From: an uncultured delta proteobacterium | GTDB lineage: Bacteria; Bdellovibrionota; FAC87; UBA2466 | Direction of reading: 5' to 3' | NCBI GenBank assembly: GCA_963778115.1 | Contig: CAVZSV010000004.1 | Location: 2,720,001 to 2,784,000 of the forward strand | Length of the DNA: 64,000 bases | Shown: one piece after another, positions 20,085 to 29,292 of the stretch | How positions within the stretch are numbered: position 1 is the stretch's first letter | How the letters are laid out: each line of letters opens with the position of its first letter | Notes under the pieces: model-generated | The model's input: the letters and a program-made list of their open reading frames with translations, nothing else | What the model was told of the DNA's origin: nothing | Database searches by the model: none | Made by a program: the position numbers and the translations under genes

Positions 20085-21365
20085 TTAGAATGGCGTTCCA
20101 TTCAAGATGGCTTTGCCACCCATCGCTTCGAGATAGGTAGCTTGAGTGGTCAAAAGTTCGGTCTGAGTTCGGGTCAGATTATCGAAAGCATCGCGAACGT
20201 CGACGACTGTCCCTTCCAATGAAAAATATCTGGACTTGGCGAGCTTAAATCCTTGAAGGGCAAGATTGTACTCGTCTCTTAATAGTTTTAGCCCCGTTCT
20301 TGAAGATTCGATGGCCTTGTCGTATTTGGCATTGAGACTTGCTATTTGAAGCTTACTGGCCTCGAGATCCTTTTCCGCACTTGCCGCAAGGGCACTGGCT
20401 TCGTTAACTTTATTCACCGTGAGAAATCCCTCGAACACTGGAAATATGACGGCGACACCGACGGCATAATAATTGGGATTCACAAACCTCTGGTCCTGCA
20501 TTACGGCGGCGTCGGCGACTCCGACAAGTTTAGGCATGAAATCCGCTTTCGCCTGGTCCACGCGAGCATGTGCGGCAAGCAGGGCTTCATTGGCTTGGGA
20601 GATGATAGGATTCCCCTGAGGCGTTCCCTTAAAGATGGCCACTGCCTCTTCCTCACGAGGAAGTAGGGGACAGGAGAAAGAGTCGGCGGAAATTCCCGCT
20701 AACAGCGCAATTTCTTTGATCTGGTTTCGGTACTTATCGGCGAATACCGATACTTGGGTATTCGCGTGCTCCAATTGGGATTCCACCAGATAGCGTTCCA
20801 CCACCGATCTCTGGCCGGTTCTTACAAATCCATTGATGACGTTGCGAACCAGCTGAGCCCCCTGGGCTAGCTGCGTCCATGACTCTTGTAAATTTCGATA
20901 CAGCGCGCACTCGTAAAAGAGTTGGTTGGCCGTTTGGTAGATCCTGTAGCGAGTGTATTTGGTCTCTTCTTTTTGGCTGCGAGACTCGTACTCGGCTGCT
21001 GAAACAGAATTAGAAGTTCTGCCAAAATCCCATATCGGGACGTTGGCCACGACTCCGGCTGCCGCTCCCGACCGATAGGGAGAGGCTATCATTCCGCCAA
21101 TACCTAATGTCCCCACCGAACCAGGAAAGCCCGTACTGTCCACCGCTTCAAGAGTGACGTTGGGGTAGTAATTGGATCTCGCCATTTCAATCCGGTGCTC
21201 AGAGGCGACCCCTTTCATTCGAGAGGAAGCCACTTCTGGATTTACCTCGGCGGCACGCCGAAGCAGGTCTTGAAGTTTCATTTCAGGAGCGGCATCCGCC
21301 GCCATCGAGGTGTAATTTTTGATAAGCAGACAAAGACTTAAGATGAGAACTCTTGTGTGTTTCAT
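20085..21365 (-). CDS. TolC family outer-membrane efflux protein
   Basis: Signal peptide; duplicated OEP repeats (ARSNYYPNV / AKADFMPKL; PIWDFGR / PVFEGF). Confidence 0.88.
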   Translation of the reverse strand: MKHTRVLILSLCLLIKNYTSMAADAAPEMKLQDLLRRAAEVNPEVASSRMKGVASEHRIEMARSNYYPNVTLEAVDSTGFPGSVGTLGIGGMIASPYRSGAAAGVVANVPIWDFGRTSNSVSAAEYESRSQKEETKYTRYRIYQTANQLFYECALYRNLQESWTQLAQGAQLVRNVINGFVRTGQRSVVERYLVESQLEHANTQVSVFADKYRNQIKEIALLAGISADSFSCPLLPREEEAVAIFKGTPQGNPIISQANEALLAAHARVDQAKADFMPKLVGVADAAVMQDQRFVNPNYYAVGVAVIFPVFEGFLTVNKVNEASALAASAEKDLEASKLQIASLNAKYDKAIESSRTGLKLLRDEYNLALQGFKLAKSRYFSLEGTVVDVRDAFDNLTRTQTELLTTQATYLEAMGGKAILNGTPF

Positions 21366-21410
21366 TTTCTTACCCAAAACCAACTCTCAATGGCAGGTTA
21401 TCCTGCTTTC

Positions 21411-21449
21411 CTTACCGGACGATGACATTAGGGTTACAAGTTCATGAAC
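21411..21449 (-). promoter_or_regulatory. OmpR-family tandem box array upstream of tolC
   Basis: On +: CTTACC(21411), ATGACA(21422), GTTACA(21433), ATGAAC(21444); exact 11-bp period. Confidence 0.65.
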
Positions 21450-22894
21450 TTCTCGGGCAGAGGTGAGGGGGTCCCTCTCGTAAGTCTGGGAAAATTGATC
21501 CAAACTTGAGTCCCCTTTCCCAATTCGCTTTCCATCTTTACATTTCCGCCATGAAGCATCGCAATACTCTTTACAATGGCGAGTCCAAGACCGGTGCCTC
21601 CGGACCCTTTTGATCGGGAAGCATCGACGCGATAAAATCTTTCGAATACATGGGGAAGATGGTCCGCTGAGATTCCACAGCCGGTATCTTCAACTTTAAC
21701 GGCTATCTGATCTTCCGATGCTCTGACTACCACGCCGACTTTTCCTCGGGAAGGGGTCTGTTTGATCGCATTGGAGAGCAGGTTTCCAACGGCCCTTTGA
21801 AAAAGTGTTCTTTCCACATTAATCTCGAGTTCCTCAGAAACCTCGAGGCTGGTTTCAATACCTGCTTCGACCGCAGAAACTTCATAAAATTCGAGGACCG
21901 CTTGGAGTTCATTTTTTAGATTTATTTTTTCCGTCTTCAAGCTCGTCTTGGGATTTTCGCAACGGGCAAGAAAGAGAAGCGAGTCGATAATCTTTGAAAT
22001 CCGGCCGCACTCCTCCAAACAGGAGCCCATGAGGTCTTGGTAATATTCCGGAGTCCGGCTTCTACCCAAAGAGACTTCAATTTCCCCGGACATATTATTT
22101 ACCGGCGTTCTTAGCTCGTGGGCTAGATCGGCGGAGAAGCGGGATAAGCGTCCAAAGGACTCTTCTAGCCGATTGAGCATTTCGTTAAAAGTAGCTGCCA
22201 ATTCCGCGAGTTCGACGGGCAGCGAGGTGGTGTCGATTCGTTCGTAAAGATTTGATGATCTGATGTGTCCCGCTTGCGCTGCGATCCGGCGAAGCGGACG
22301 CATTCCTCGAACGGCGATTCGTCTTCCCACGAGTAAGCTCAAGAAGAGGGCAACAAAGAGGGCCACATAGAGACGCTCTCGATAACCCTTTAGTAAAAGG
22401 TACTGATCCGTGCAATCCAAGACCAAACTCACTCTGACCAATTTTCCGTGAACGGGGATGTTAGATTGAAGGGTTCGGTAAATCCGGCCGTTACCGTCAT
22501 CGGTACTTTCAAGCACTTCAGGGGCACTGAGAGGTTTATTTTGGTACCGATCGAGCAGGTCGGATACTTTCTTTTCGGTGTTTGGGGTGGAAGCGATGAT
22601 GTTTCCATTTTCGTCGGCTGCACGGACATAGACCTTTTCGATTTTCTTGGCCGCCCACTCCCTTTCTACTCGATCGCGGAAACGAGAGTGAGTGGCATCG
22701 TCACTGGTAAGAATAAGGCGAATCGTCTGCATCTTATCTAAGAGCAGCTTCGAAGACTCGGTGTGAAGAGTTCGCGCGGTTGACCAATAGAGGAAATAAG
22801 TGGTGCCTAGCACCAGCACGAATGCCGAAATTCCGTACCATGCCGTAAGCTGAGTGGCTAAGGAGGACCTATAAGAACGAAAAAGAATTCCCAC
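21434..22894 (-). CDS. CusS/CzcS-like sensor histidine kinase
   Basis: 2 TM, HAMP, FSADLAHELRTP H-box, NLLSNA, DTGCGI, FERFYR, GTGLGL. Confidence 0.92.
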   Translation of the reverse strand: MGILFRSYRSSLATQLTAWYGISAFVLVLGTTYFLYWSTARTLHTESSKLLLDKMQTIRLILTSDDATHSRFRDRVEREWAAKKIEKVYVRAADENGNIIASTPNTEKKVSDLLDRYQNKPLSAPEVLESTDDGNGRIYRTLQSNIPVHGKLVRVSLVLDCTDQYLLLKGYRERLYVALFVALFLSLLVGRRIAVRGMRPLRRIAAQAGHIRSSNLYERIDTTSLPVELAELAATFNEMLNRLEESFGRLSRFSADLAHELRTPVNNMSGEIEVSLGRSRTPEYYQDLMGSCLEECGRISKIIDSLLFLARCENPKTSLKTEKINLKNELQAVLEFYEVSAVEAGIETSLEVSEELEINVERTLFQRAVGNLLSNAIKQTPSRGKVGVVVRASEDQIAVKVEDTGCGISADHLPHVFERFYRVDASRSKGSGGTGLGLAIVKSIAMLHGGNVKMESELGKGTQVWINFPRLTRGTPSPLPEKFMNL

Positions 22895-22897
22895 TGA

Positions 22898-23578
22898 CTA
22901 CCCTTCATCTTCTTCGCGAAGAACGTATCCGATGCCTCTTACGGTATGAATAAGTTTTCGCTCGAAAGGGATATCGACTTTGGCTCGCAATCGTCTGATT
23001 TGAACGTCGACGATATTGGTATCGCTATCGAAACTCATGTCCCATACCTGTTCGGCGATAACGGCTCTAGACAGTACGTCTCCCGATCTTCGGGCCAGTA
23101 GTCCCAAGAGTTGAAATTCTTTAGGCCGAAGGTCCAGCCTTTTTCCCGCTCTTACGGCGCGATGCTGGGTGAAATCGATTTCAAGATCGCACACTCGAAT
23201 GACTTCCGGCTGACGATTTCCCCCTCGACGAAGGAGCGAACGAATTTGGGCTAGGAGCTCAGAAAAAGCGAACGGTTTTACCAAGTACGCGTCCGCTCCC
23301 AGATCCAACCCTCTGACCCGATCGGGCAGTTCATCCCGAGCGGTTAGAAATAACGCTAAGGTCGATTTTCCCGATCTTCTCAACTCAGACATGATCGAAA
23401 AGCCGTCTCTTCTAGGGAGCATGGCATCTAAGATGATGAGGTCATATTCATTGTTCAGAGCGTAATGAAGCCCGTCTTCGCCATCTTCCGCCACATCCAC
23501 CACGAAACCATTTTCCTGAAGCCCCCTTTGAAGGAAGGAGGCCGTCTTTCGCTCATCTTCAACGACCAATAATTTCAT
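22898..23578 (-). CDS. CusR/CzcR-like OmpR-family response regulator
   Basis: LVVED..ILD.MLP..DG, LTARD, YLVKPFAFSEL, VWDM.FDSDTNIVDV.IRRLR.K, IHTVRGIGY. Confidence 0.93.
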   Translation of the reverse strand: MKLLVVEDERKTASFLQRGLQENGFVVDVAEDGEDGLHYALNNEYDLIILDAMLPRRDGFSIMSELRRSGKSTLALFLTARDELPDRVRGLDLGADAYLVKPFAFSELLAQIRSLLRRGGNRQPEVIRVCDLEIDFTQHRAVRAGKRLDLRPKEFQLLGLLARRSGDVLSRAVIAEQVWDMSFDSDTNIVDVQIRRLRAKVDIPFERKLIHTVRGIGYVLREEDEG

Positions 23579-23705
23579 ATAGATTGCCCCATCAGGCCTT
23601 CGCTAACGCTGCGTTGAGTTAACGCAGGGCCGCACCACATAACTCCTACTTACCAGACATCCTCAAACCTGGCTATTAAGCCTACCCCTACCGTACTCCG
23701 GCCAC

Positions 23706-23744
23706 ATGACAGGAGCATGACAGTCTTGTTACATCTTGATGACC
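23706..23744 (-). promoter_or_regulatory. OmpR-family tandem box array upstream of the response regulator
   Basis: On +: ATGACA(23706), ATGACA(23717), GTTACA(23728), ATGACC(23739); 11-bp period. Confidence 0.7.
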
Positions 23745-23770
23745 TGGCCGTTTCCCAAAGCCCTATTAGA

Positions 23771-23798
23771 TGTAATCTGCAGTTCATCTTCCTGTAAT
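23771..23798 (+). promoter_or_regulatory. Tandem box array upstream of the small lipoprotein ORF
   Basis: TGTAAT(23771), GTTCAT(23782), TGTAAT(23793); 11-bp period. Confidence 0.6.
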
Positions 23799-23847
23799 CC
23801 CAAAGAAGCTAAACTAAAGAAAAGTACCATTAAAATTTGGGGGTCCC

Positions 23848-23985
23848 ATGTGCCAGCGTCTACGGATTTACCGATGGATAGCTTCAGGTTTTGTCGTTTT
23901 GCTTCTCGCCTCGGCCTGCTCCACTGCGCCAAGAACCAAGGTTGCACAGGCTGACTCGAACAGGCACGAACGCCTCCTCCCTTAA
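23848..23985 (+). CDS. Small (45 aa) putative lipoprotein, absent from the ORF track
   Basis: MCQRLRIYRWIASGFVVLLLASA|CSTAPRTKVAQADSNRHERLLP*: basic n-region, h-region, lipobox-like ASAC; GGGGG upstream. Confidence 0.6.
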   Translation: MCQRLRIYRWIASGFVVLLLASACSTAPRTKVAQADSNRHERLLP

Positions 23986-24033
23986 CTTTTATCTAGATAA
24001 TTAGATTTCTCTTTTTAGAGAAAGCTTGCGAAA

Positions 24034-24061
24034 TGTAATCTTCATGTCATCTTCAGGTCAG
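24034..24061 (+). promoter_or_regulatory. Tandem box array upstream of the outer-membrane protein gene
   Basis: TGTAAT-CTTCA-TGTCAT-CTTCA-GGTCAG; 11-bp period. Confidence 0.7.
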
Positions 24062-24103
24062 GTTCGCCGTAGTATCGGCTACGAACCGAGGACAGGGGGG
24101 GCC

Positions 24104-25090
24104 ATGGGGAAGCTTAAGACTGATATCAAGACTAAGACTAAGATTAAAAGTGGATCTATATTTTCTAGGGTATTAATGGCATCGGCCATTGTTGTAGCGG
24201 CATCGCTATCGGTGCCCGGGACTGCTTTAGCGGAAGACAGCACGACCACTAGCGAAACGCCAACACTTAGTGGTCCCCCCGCCCAAACGGTGACGCAAGC
24301 TCCCACGAATCCCGCAGCTCCCACCAGTAAAGTTTTTGGGACATTAGATCTCAGGGCAGAGTATTGGGGCGCTCCCGGAGCCTGGGACACCTCGAACTTT
24401 TTTCAGATAGGCTATCAAGTTAATCCCAATTTCTTGATCAGTTGGTACCAGGGATTTGATTCCAACATCTATAAAGCGACTCTGACACAGATTCCCAACG
24501 CTTCAGGGTGGAACCCGGTATGGGATCAGGGATTTCTTCGCACTCGGGTTAATAACATCTGGAAGAGCGGCAATCTCTCTTTCGCGTATGAGTCGCGCAT
24601 CTATGCTCCCACGTGGGCTTTTGATTCCAACATGGGTAATGTGACGCGCTTTTATAACGCTTTCAAACTGATCGATAAAGTGAGTGACATGGTCACGCTC
24701 ACCGGAGTGTTCGTTTTTAGTCCTCAGGTCTACAATGTCGCGGGTACGTCTTACGGCGGTCCGAACTCCTGGCTTGAAAATCGTTTATACGCGGTTGCCG
24801 ATTTTCAATTTACCCCTAAACTCTCCTTAAGCATCCCTTTGCTGCTTTACCAGGATAAGTATCGCGATTACACGGCAAACCCCGTGAATATTTTGCTCGG
24901 GGGATCGAGCGGAGATTGGGGATATTTTCTCTACATCTGGCCCGAGCTGGATTATGCGGTCAACGACACTATGACCCTTGGGTTGGCCTATATCAGCGGC
25001 AATATGGTGCAACCTAATTTTTCAGGGTTTACGATAGGAAACGCCTTTAAGACCGGAATATTACAATTCGTCGTTACGACGAACCTGTGA
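24104..25090 (+). CDS. Putative outer-membrane beta-barrel protein
   Basis: Signal peptide, T/P-rich linker, aromatic-rich alternating strands, terminal strand LQFVVTTNL. Confidence 0.7.
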   Translation: MGKLKTDIKTKTKIKSGSIFSRVLMASAIVVAASLSVPGTALAEDSTTTSETPTLSGPPAQTVTQAPTNPAAPTSKVFGTLDLRAEYWGAPGAWDTSNFFQIGYQVNPNFLISWYQGFDSNIYKATLTQIPNASGWNPVWDQGFLRTRVNNIWKSGNLSFAYESRIYAPTWAFDSNMGNVTRFYNAFKLIDKVSDMVTLTGVFVFSPQVYNVAGTSYGGPNSWLENRLYAVADFQFTPKLSLSIPLLLYQDKYRDYTANPVNILLGGSSGDWGYFLYIWPELDYAVNDTMTLGLAYISGNMVQPNFSGFTIGNAFKTGILQFVVTTNL

Positions 25091-25137
25091 TGACCTATGA
25101 TGTGAATAGACAAGAGGAATCTCCCTCTTAAAGATAA

Positions 25138-26322
25138 GTGCTTCCGCAAGCTCTCCCAAACGGGTATGTAACGGGCTTGCGTATTCGAGGGCTATTTTTA
25201 CTCTTTCTCATTCCCGTGCAGGCTCTAGCTTGCGCACGCGCTATCTCGTCTCGATCTCACGAGGGGCTCTTTGCTGCTTTCTCCCACCCGCCCACCCCTG
25301 GCTATACGATGATCGTCTATTTTCCCATGGCCTTTCACGGACAGGAGAGTCGTTGGAGAGTGGGAAACACCATTTACGAGAAGCATTTTGGAAGCAACCA
25401 TCATTTCATAAACGGTGCCACTCGTGACGACACCAGCTTCATGGTTAAGGCCGTTTACCCGCATAACCGGGATACGGGTCTTAGATACTACGAGCCTTTG
25501 TTTGTTGCCGGCCAATTCGAAAGTGAGATCGCCACCTATACGAGCCAAGTTCGAAAAGTGCTGCTGGATAGAAAGACTATTACTGAAGTAGAAGCCAAAG
25601 AGTACGAAGAGGAAGACGCTGAAATTCCGCTGGGAAGAAAAATTCTCTTCGTCTTCGTGGACGAATTTGGAAATGCGAAAGCCATTCTGCGGATGCTGGA
25701 TTATTCGGCGACTCCTTACACCTACGGCGGCCCTAGCCGTTTCGTCCTTCCCGATGCCTTGTTTAGTTTGGCGCACAGTTTCTTGGGTATCCACTTAGGG
25801 GTGCAAGTCTCCAGCGGACTTATTCCAGAAAGTTCCGTAGCGCAGAACCTTCTGTCTTTTCGTTTCGAGAGAAAGCTAAAATCCAAGTGCATTCCTGAAA
25901 GAAATGGCAGGTTTCCCGTTCCGACCTATCTGCTGGGAAGATATCTTATTTCTCGCGGCTCTTTGCAGAGTCCGGAGGCCTTACTGCGACGAGTGGCGGA
26001 GTATCTGTATTACAAAGACGGATTTCTCGGAAGTTATAGACTGGGCGTTATCTATGCTACGGCCACCGAAGCCGGCCATAGGACATATACCAAACGATCG
26101 TCACGTTCGCCTTACCACTACGATACGATCTTTACGCCGGACGATTTTATCTTGAAACCCACAGACACTCCGATTTACGCCATCCGACAGTCGGTTTCCG
26201 ATTTTTTTGATAGGCATGCCGGACTCGATGAAGTTACTTACCATTCTTACCCAACTGCAGATGAGAACGAAACAGAATCTCCCATCGTTTGCGAATCTCA
26301 CCCGTCTTTGGCAAACGACTAG
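25138..26322 (+). CDS. Hypothetical secreted protein (start uncertain)
   Basis: 394-aa ORF with a hydrophobic N-terminal segment ending VQALA-C. Confidence 0.6.
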   Translation: MLPQALPNGYVTGLRIRGLFLLFLIPVQALACARAISSRSHEGLFAAFSHPPTPGYTMIVYFPMAFHGQESRWRVGNTIYEKHFGSNHHFINGATRDDTSFMVKAVYPHNRDTGLRYYEPLFVAGQFESEIATYTSQVRKVLLDRKTITEVEAKEYEEEDAEIPLGRKILFVFVDEFGNAKAILRMLDYSATPYTYGGPSRFVLPDALFSLAHSFLGIHLGVQVSSGLIPESSVAQNLLSFRFERKLKSKCIPERNGRFPVPTYLLGRYLISRGSLQSPEALLRRVAEYLYYKDGFLGSYRLGVIYATATEAGHRTYTKRSSRSPYHYDTIFTPDDFILKPTDTPIYAIRQSVSDFFDRHAGLDEVTYHSYPTADENETESPIVCESHPSLAND

Positions 26323-26884
26323 GCCCGGTAATGGCATTAATAATGCCGCCCAATAGCGCGTCGTGAAGGGTTTCCGCTGTGGGTCTAGGGGAAACCGACT
26401 TTGCAATTAGTCCTTCTCTTTGTCCGGCATGAAGATAGTCCGCGATTCTATTGCGTGCGGATTCCAGTATTCGGCTATAAAGATCCGAAAAGGAATCCGA
26501 AGAGCAAGCAAAGTAATACAGAAGAATAATAATCTGCGCTTCTTTCGGATTCTTTTGAGCCCAGGTCAGATTCATTTCGAAATGTTTTCTCAGTCGCGCC
26601 ACTCCGTCGTCCTCGCTTTTGAGCGCTGCTGAAACGATGGCATGGTTATGCTCAACTATTTTTTGGATCACCCCTTCGATGAGACCTTCCTTGGTCGTGA
26701 AATGGTAAAGGACCGCGGATTGACTGACTTTTAGATCGTCGGCAATCTTTTGATAGCTAAGGTTAAAGAACCCCTCGCGAGCCAGAATCTCCGTCGCGGA
26801 GGTAAGGATCCGCTCTCGTTGAACTTCGGCATTCAGACGGATTCTTTTTGGGGCCTTTTTCCGCATATTTTTTCTTATACGCAT
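26234..26884 (-). CDS. TetR/AcrR family regulator
   Basis: RERIL.SA......GF...S...IA..L.VS..A..YHF.TKE.L HTH; start uncertain (26884 or 26866). Confidence 0.9.
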   Translation of the reverse strand: MRIRKNMRKKAPKRIRLNAEVQRERILTSATEILAREGFFNLSYQKIADDLKVSQSAVLYHFTTKEGLIEGVIQKIVEHNHAIVSAALKSEDDGVARLRKHFEMNLTWAQKNPKEAQIIILLYYFACSSDSFSDLYSRILESARNRIADYLHAGQREGLIAKSVSPRPTAETLHDALLGGIINAITGPSRLPKTGEIRKRWEILFRSHLQLGKNGK

Positions 26885-26930
26885 TAGTAAATGTGTCCCA
26901 TTAAAAATACCCCATTGACAAAGAAAGGTC

Positions 26931-26972
26931 ACTAAGAGACGACGCTCAGTGCATACTGAGTAGTACTTAGTA
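26931..26972. promoter_or_regulatory. Putative TetR operators
   Basis: Half-sites ACTAAG, CTCAGT, ACTGAG, CTTAGT; TACTGAG-N5-CTTAGTA at 26954-26972 lies between divergent genes. Confidence 0.6.
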
Positions 26973-26989
26973 ATGAAGGAGGGTTTTCG

Positions 26990-27382
26990 ATGAAGTTATT
27001 AGTTTTGGTTTCCCTAGTAGTGGCAAGTTTGGCGATGGCTGCGGATGACTTAGCTTTTCTTAAGACCCACGAAGTTCCCCTAACCATTCTTACCGACGGG
27101 TCCGACATGACCCTATATACCTATGACCGAGACACTCCAGGTGCCGGGACATCAGCGTGTAACGGCGGCTGTGCGGCGGTTTGGCCTCCGCTGGTTGCCC
27201 CAGCGGGTGAGTTTAAGGCCCCGCTCTCCGTGGTGACACGAAAAGATGGTTCGAAGCAGATGGCCTACCAGGGCCGCCCTTTGTATTTGTATGCCGAAGA
27301 CAATAAGCCTGGCGATACGAATGGAGATAGCCTTCAGAACATTTGGCACGTTGTCTATCTTCCCAAACAGGCGGGACAGTAA
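26990..27382 (+). CDS. Secreted repeat protein with Yx(FWY)xxD motifs (COG4315-like)
   Basis: TLYTYDRD, SAC.GGCA..WPP, R.DG..Q..Y.G.PLY.Y..D..PGD..G; signal peptide. Confidence 0.88.
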   Translation: MKLLVLVSLVVASLAMAADDLAFLKTHEVPLTILTDGSDMTLYTYDRDTPGAGTSACNGGCAAVWPPLVAPAGEFKAPLSVVTRKDGSKQMAYQGRPLYLYAEDNKPGDTNGDSLQNIWHVVYLPKQAGQ

Positions 27383-27751
27383 CGACGAGACAAGAGAAAG
27401 ATTGTCGGTAGATTCTCCAGCCCAAGTCTTAAAACAGGGATTTGCGGCTTAGGTTTGCAAGACTGCCCTCGAGCAGCCTAAGGACCTGGAAGTTTATCGG
27501 CCAACGAAAGAAGTCCAGGTGATTTTGCGGTCACCTGGACTTCGTCGCGTGAGAAGTTCAGTTCTACTTTTGCCGTAACGGAGAACCGCAAAATCCAAAC
27601 AAAAAGCTTTATCGTCCCCATTTTCCCATTCGAGACCGTTAAAGTTGACGAATCCCCACCCCGATGTGACAATTACCGAAATCTTTACCGTAATTATTTT
27701 TACACTAAAAACTTAGCATCCATTTAGCACCTTATGGAGAAGGGGAGACCG

Positions 27752-29128
27752 ATGAGGAGAGTATTCCTTTTTGGAGCAGTTCTATCTTTTTTGGTAACGG
27801 CTCTAGCAAGTGCCGCTAATTTGGCCATCATCGATTCAGGTATCGACTACAAACACAAAGATCTAACGGCTTTTATGTGGACCAACTCGGCGACACAGAC
27901 TACGACCGCGGATGGCACCATTTATAAAGACGATACTCATGGATGGAATTTTGCGGACAAGAATAACCAGATCATTGATTACAAGTACCTGGGAACCTTT
28001 TCCGAAGACTGTTACAAGATATTTCAAGTGCAAAGCAGAATCTTATTGGGAACCGCTTCCGATGACGACAAAGCCTACTACAATAAGATGAAAGCCGATC
28101 AAAACTTTCTGAAGGAGCTTACGACCTTTGGAAACTTTGTTCACGGAACTCATGTTTCGGGAATCTCCTCTAAGAATGCTCCCAAGAGCGAACTTATCGG
28201 ACTAAAGATTATCTCGACGGAACCACCCCAGTCGAAGTTTGCGCACTACCAGGCGTTGCTTAAAGACTTTTTGCAAAAGCATCCCCGCGCGGTGATCGCC
28301 GACGACGATACCAATAATGCGGAAGTGGAGGCTTTCCTCACTTATGTCGCGAACCAGCAGGCCACCTTGTTAACAACAGCCGGCAATTACGCCGCTGCAG
28401 TGAAGTCGGACGTTGCTAATGGTTCTTTTGGAACGAGCGTCGCCGAAGTCTCTCCCACCGTAGCCAATCTTGTTCAGCAGATCTTGGGACGGCCTGCGAC
28501 TGATGCGGAAACCAAGGCCTATTCGATCTACTTGGTACAACAGATCATCACGGCTTCTAAATCTTTTGTCGCGGCTTCCCCCAATACGCTGTTTGTCTTT
28601 GCTGCCGGCAACGATGGAACCGACAATGATACGCTACCCACTAGCCCCGCGAACGTGAAAGCGGACAACACCATCGCTGTTGCAGCAACTTTGGCAACCA
28701 GTTCACTGGCCAGCTTTTCTAGTTACGGTGCAACGATGGTGGAAGTCGCGGCCCCGGGGGTCGCTATCACTTCGACTATTCCGGGTGATCAATATCTGCC
28801 CCTGAGCGGAACCAGCATGGCGGCTCCTTTCGTGACGAACGTCGCAGGGCTCATTAAAGATGCCAATCCCTCTTTCAAGCCGGCGGATATTAAAAAGGTG
28901 TTGATCCAGACGGTGGATGTGAAGTCGTTCTTGGCAGGTAAGGTAAGCAGCTCCGGAATCGTCAATCAAGCACGAGCCGTTCGAGCGGCCGAATTGTCGG
29001 TGGGCATGGAGTTAAATGCCGCCATCGCCCAAGCGCGTACCGAAGTAGCGGATGTAGTGGCTACCACACTGGATCGAGCGGTGGGAATGCAGGGAATGTT
29101 AATCGTTCCTCTACCCAGCACGTTTTAG
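27752..29128 (+). CDS. Secreted subtilisin-like serine protease (S8)
   Basis: Catalytic triad AIIDSG / HGTHVSG / SGTSMAAP; AAGNDG oxyanion motif; signal peptide. Confidence 0.95.
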   Translation: MRRVFLFGAVLSFLVTALASAANLAIIDSGIDYKHKDLTAFMWTNSATQTTTADGTIYKDDTHGWNFADKNNQIIDYKYLGTFSEDCYKIFQVQSRILLGTASDDDKAYYNKMKADQNFLKELTTFGNFVHGTHVSGISSKNAPKSELIGLKIISTEPPQSKFAHYQALLKDFLQKHPRAVIADDDTNNAEVEAFLTYVANQQATLLTTAGNYAAAVKSDVANGSFGTSVAEVSPTVANLVQQILGRPATDAETKAYSIYLVQQIITASKSFVAASPNTLFVFAAGNDGTDNDTLPTSPANVKADNTIAVAATLATSSLASFSSYGATMVEVAAPGVAITSTIPGDQYLPLSGTSMAAPFVTNVAGLIKDANPSFKPADIKKVLIQTVDVKSFLAGKVSSSGIVNQARAVRAAELSVGMELNAAIAQARTEVADVVATTLDRAVGMQGMLIVPLPSTF

Positions 29129-29153
29129 CCGAACCCAAGTTTCCTCCTGTGGA

Positions 29154-29194
29154 ATGCCCGCCTTTTCTCCATGGAAAGGGCGGGTATTTTTTTT
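29154..29194 (+). terminator. Rho-independent terminator
   Basis: ATGCCCGCCTTTTC-loop-GAAAGGGCGGGTAT followed by a T run. Confidence 0.85.
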
Positions 29195-29292
29195 ATTAAT
29201 ATTAAACTCTTAGCCAATAAAATTGACTCGATGCGCAATCTAAAGTAGGGTCGACCAGCAAAATACCCCCTTTACGAAAGTAGTCTAGTTAG

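Noticed and set aside
24116..24148. Short AAGACT hexamer repeats (KTDIKTKTKIK)
   Set aside because: Few degenerate copies in a signal-peptide n-region; likely trivial slippage.
25225..25794. 189-aa antisense ORF and similar overlapping track ORFs across the window
   Set aside because: Fully overlap longer or motif-supported genes on another frame or strand.
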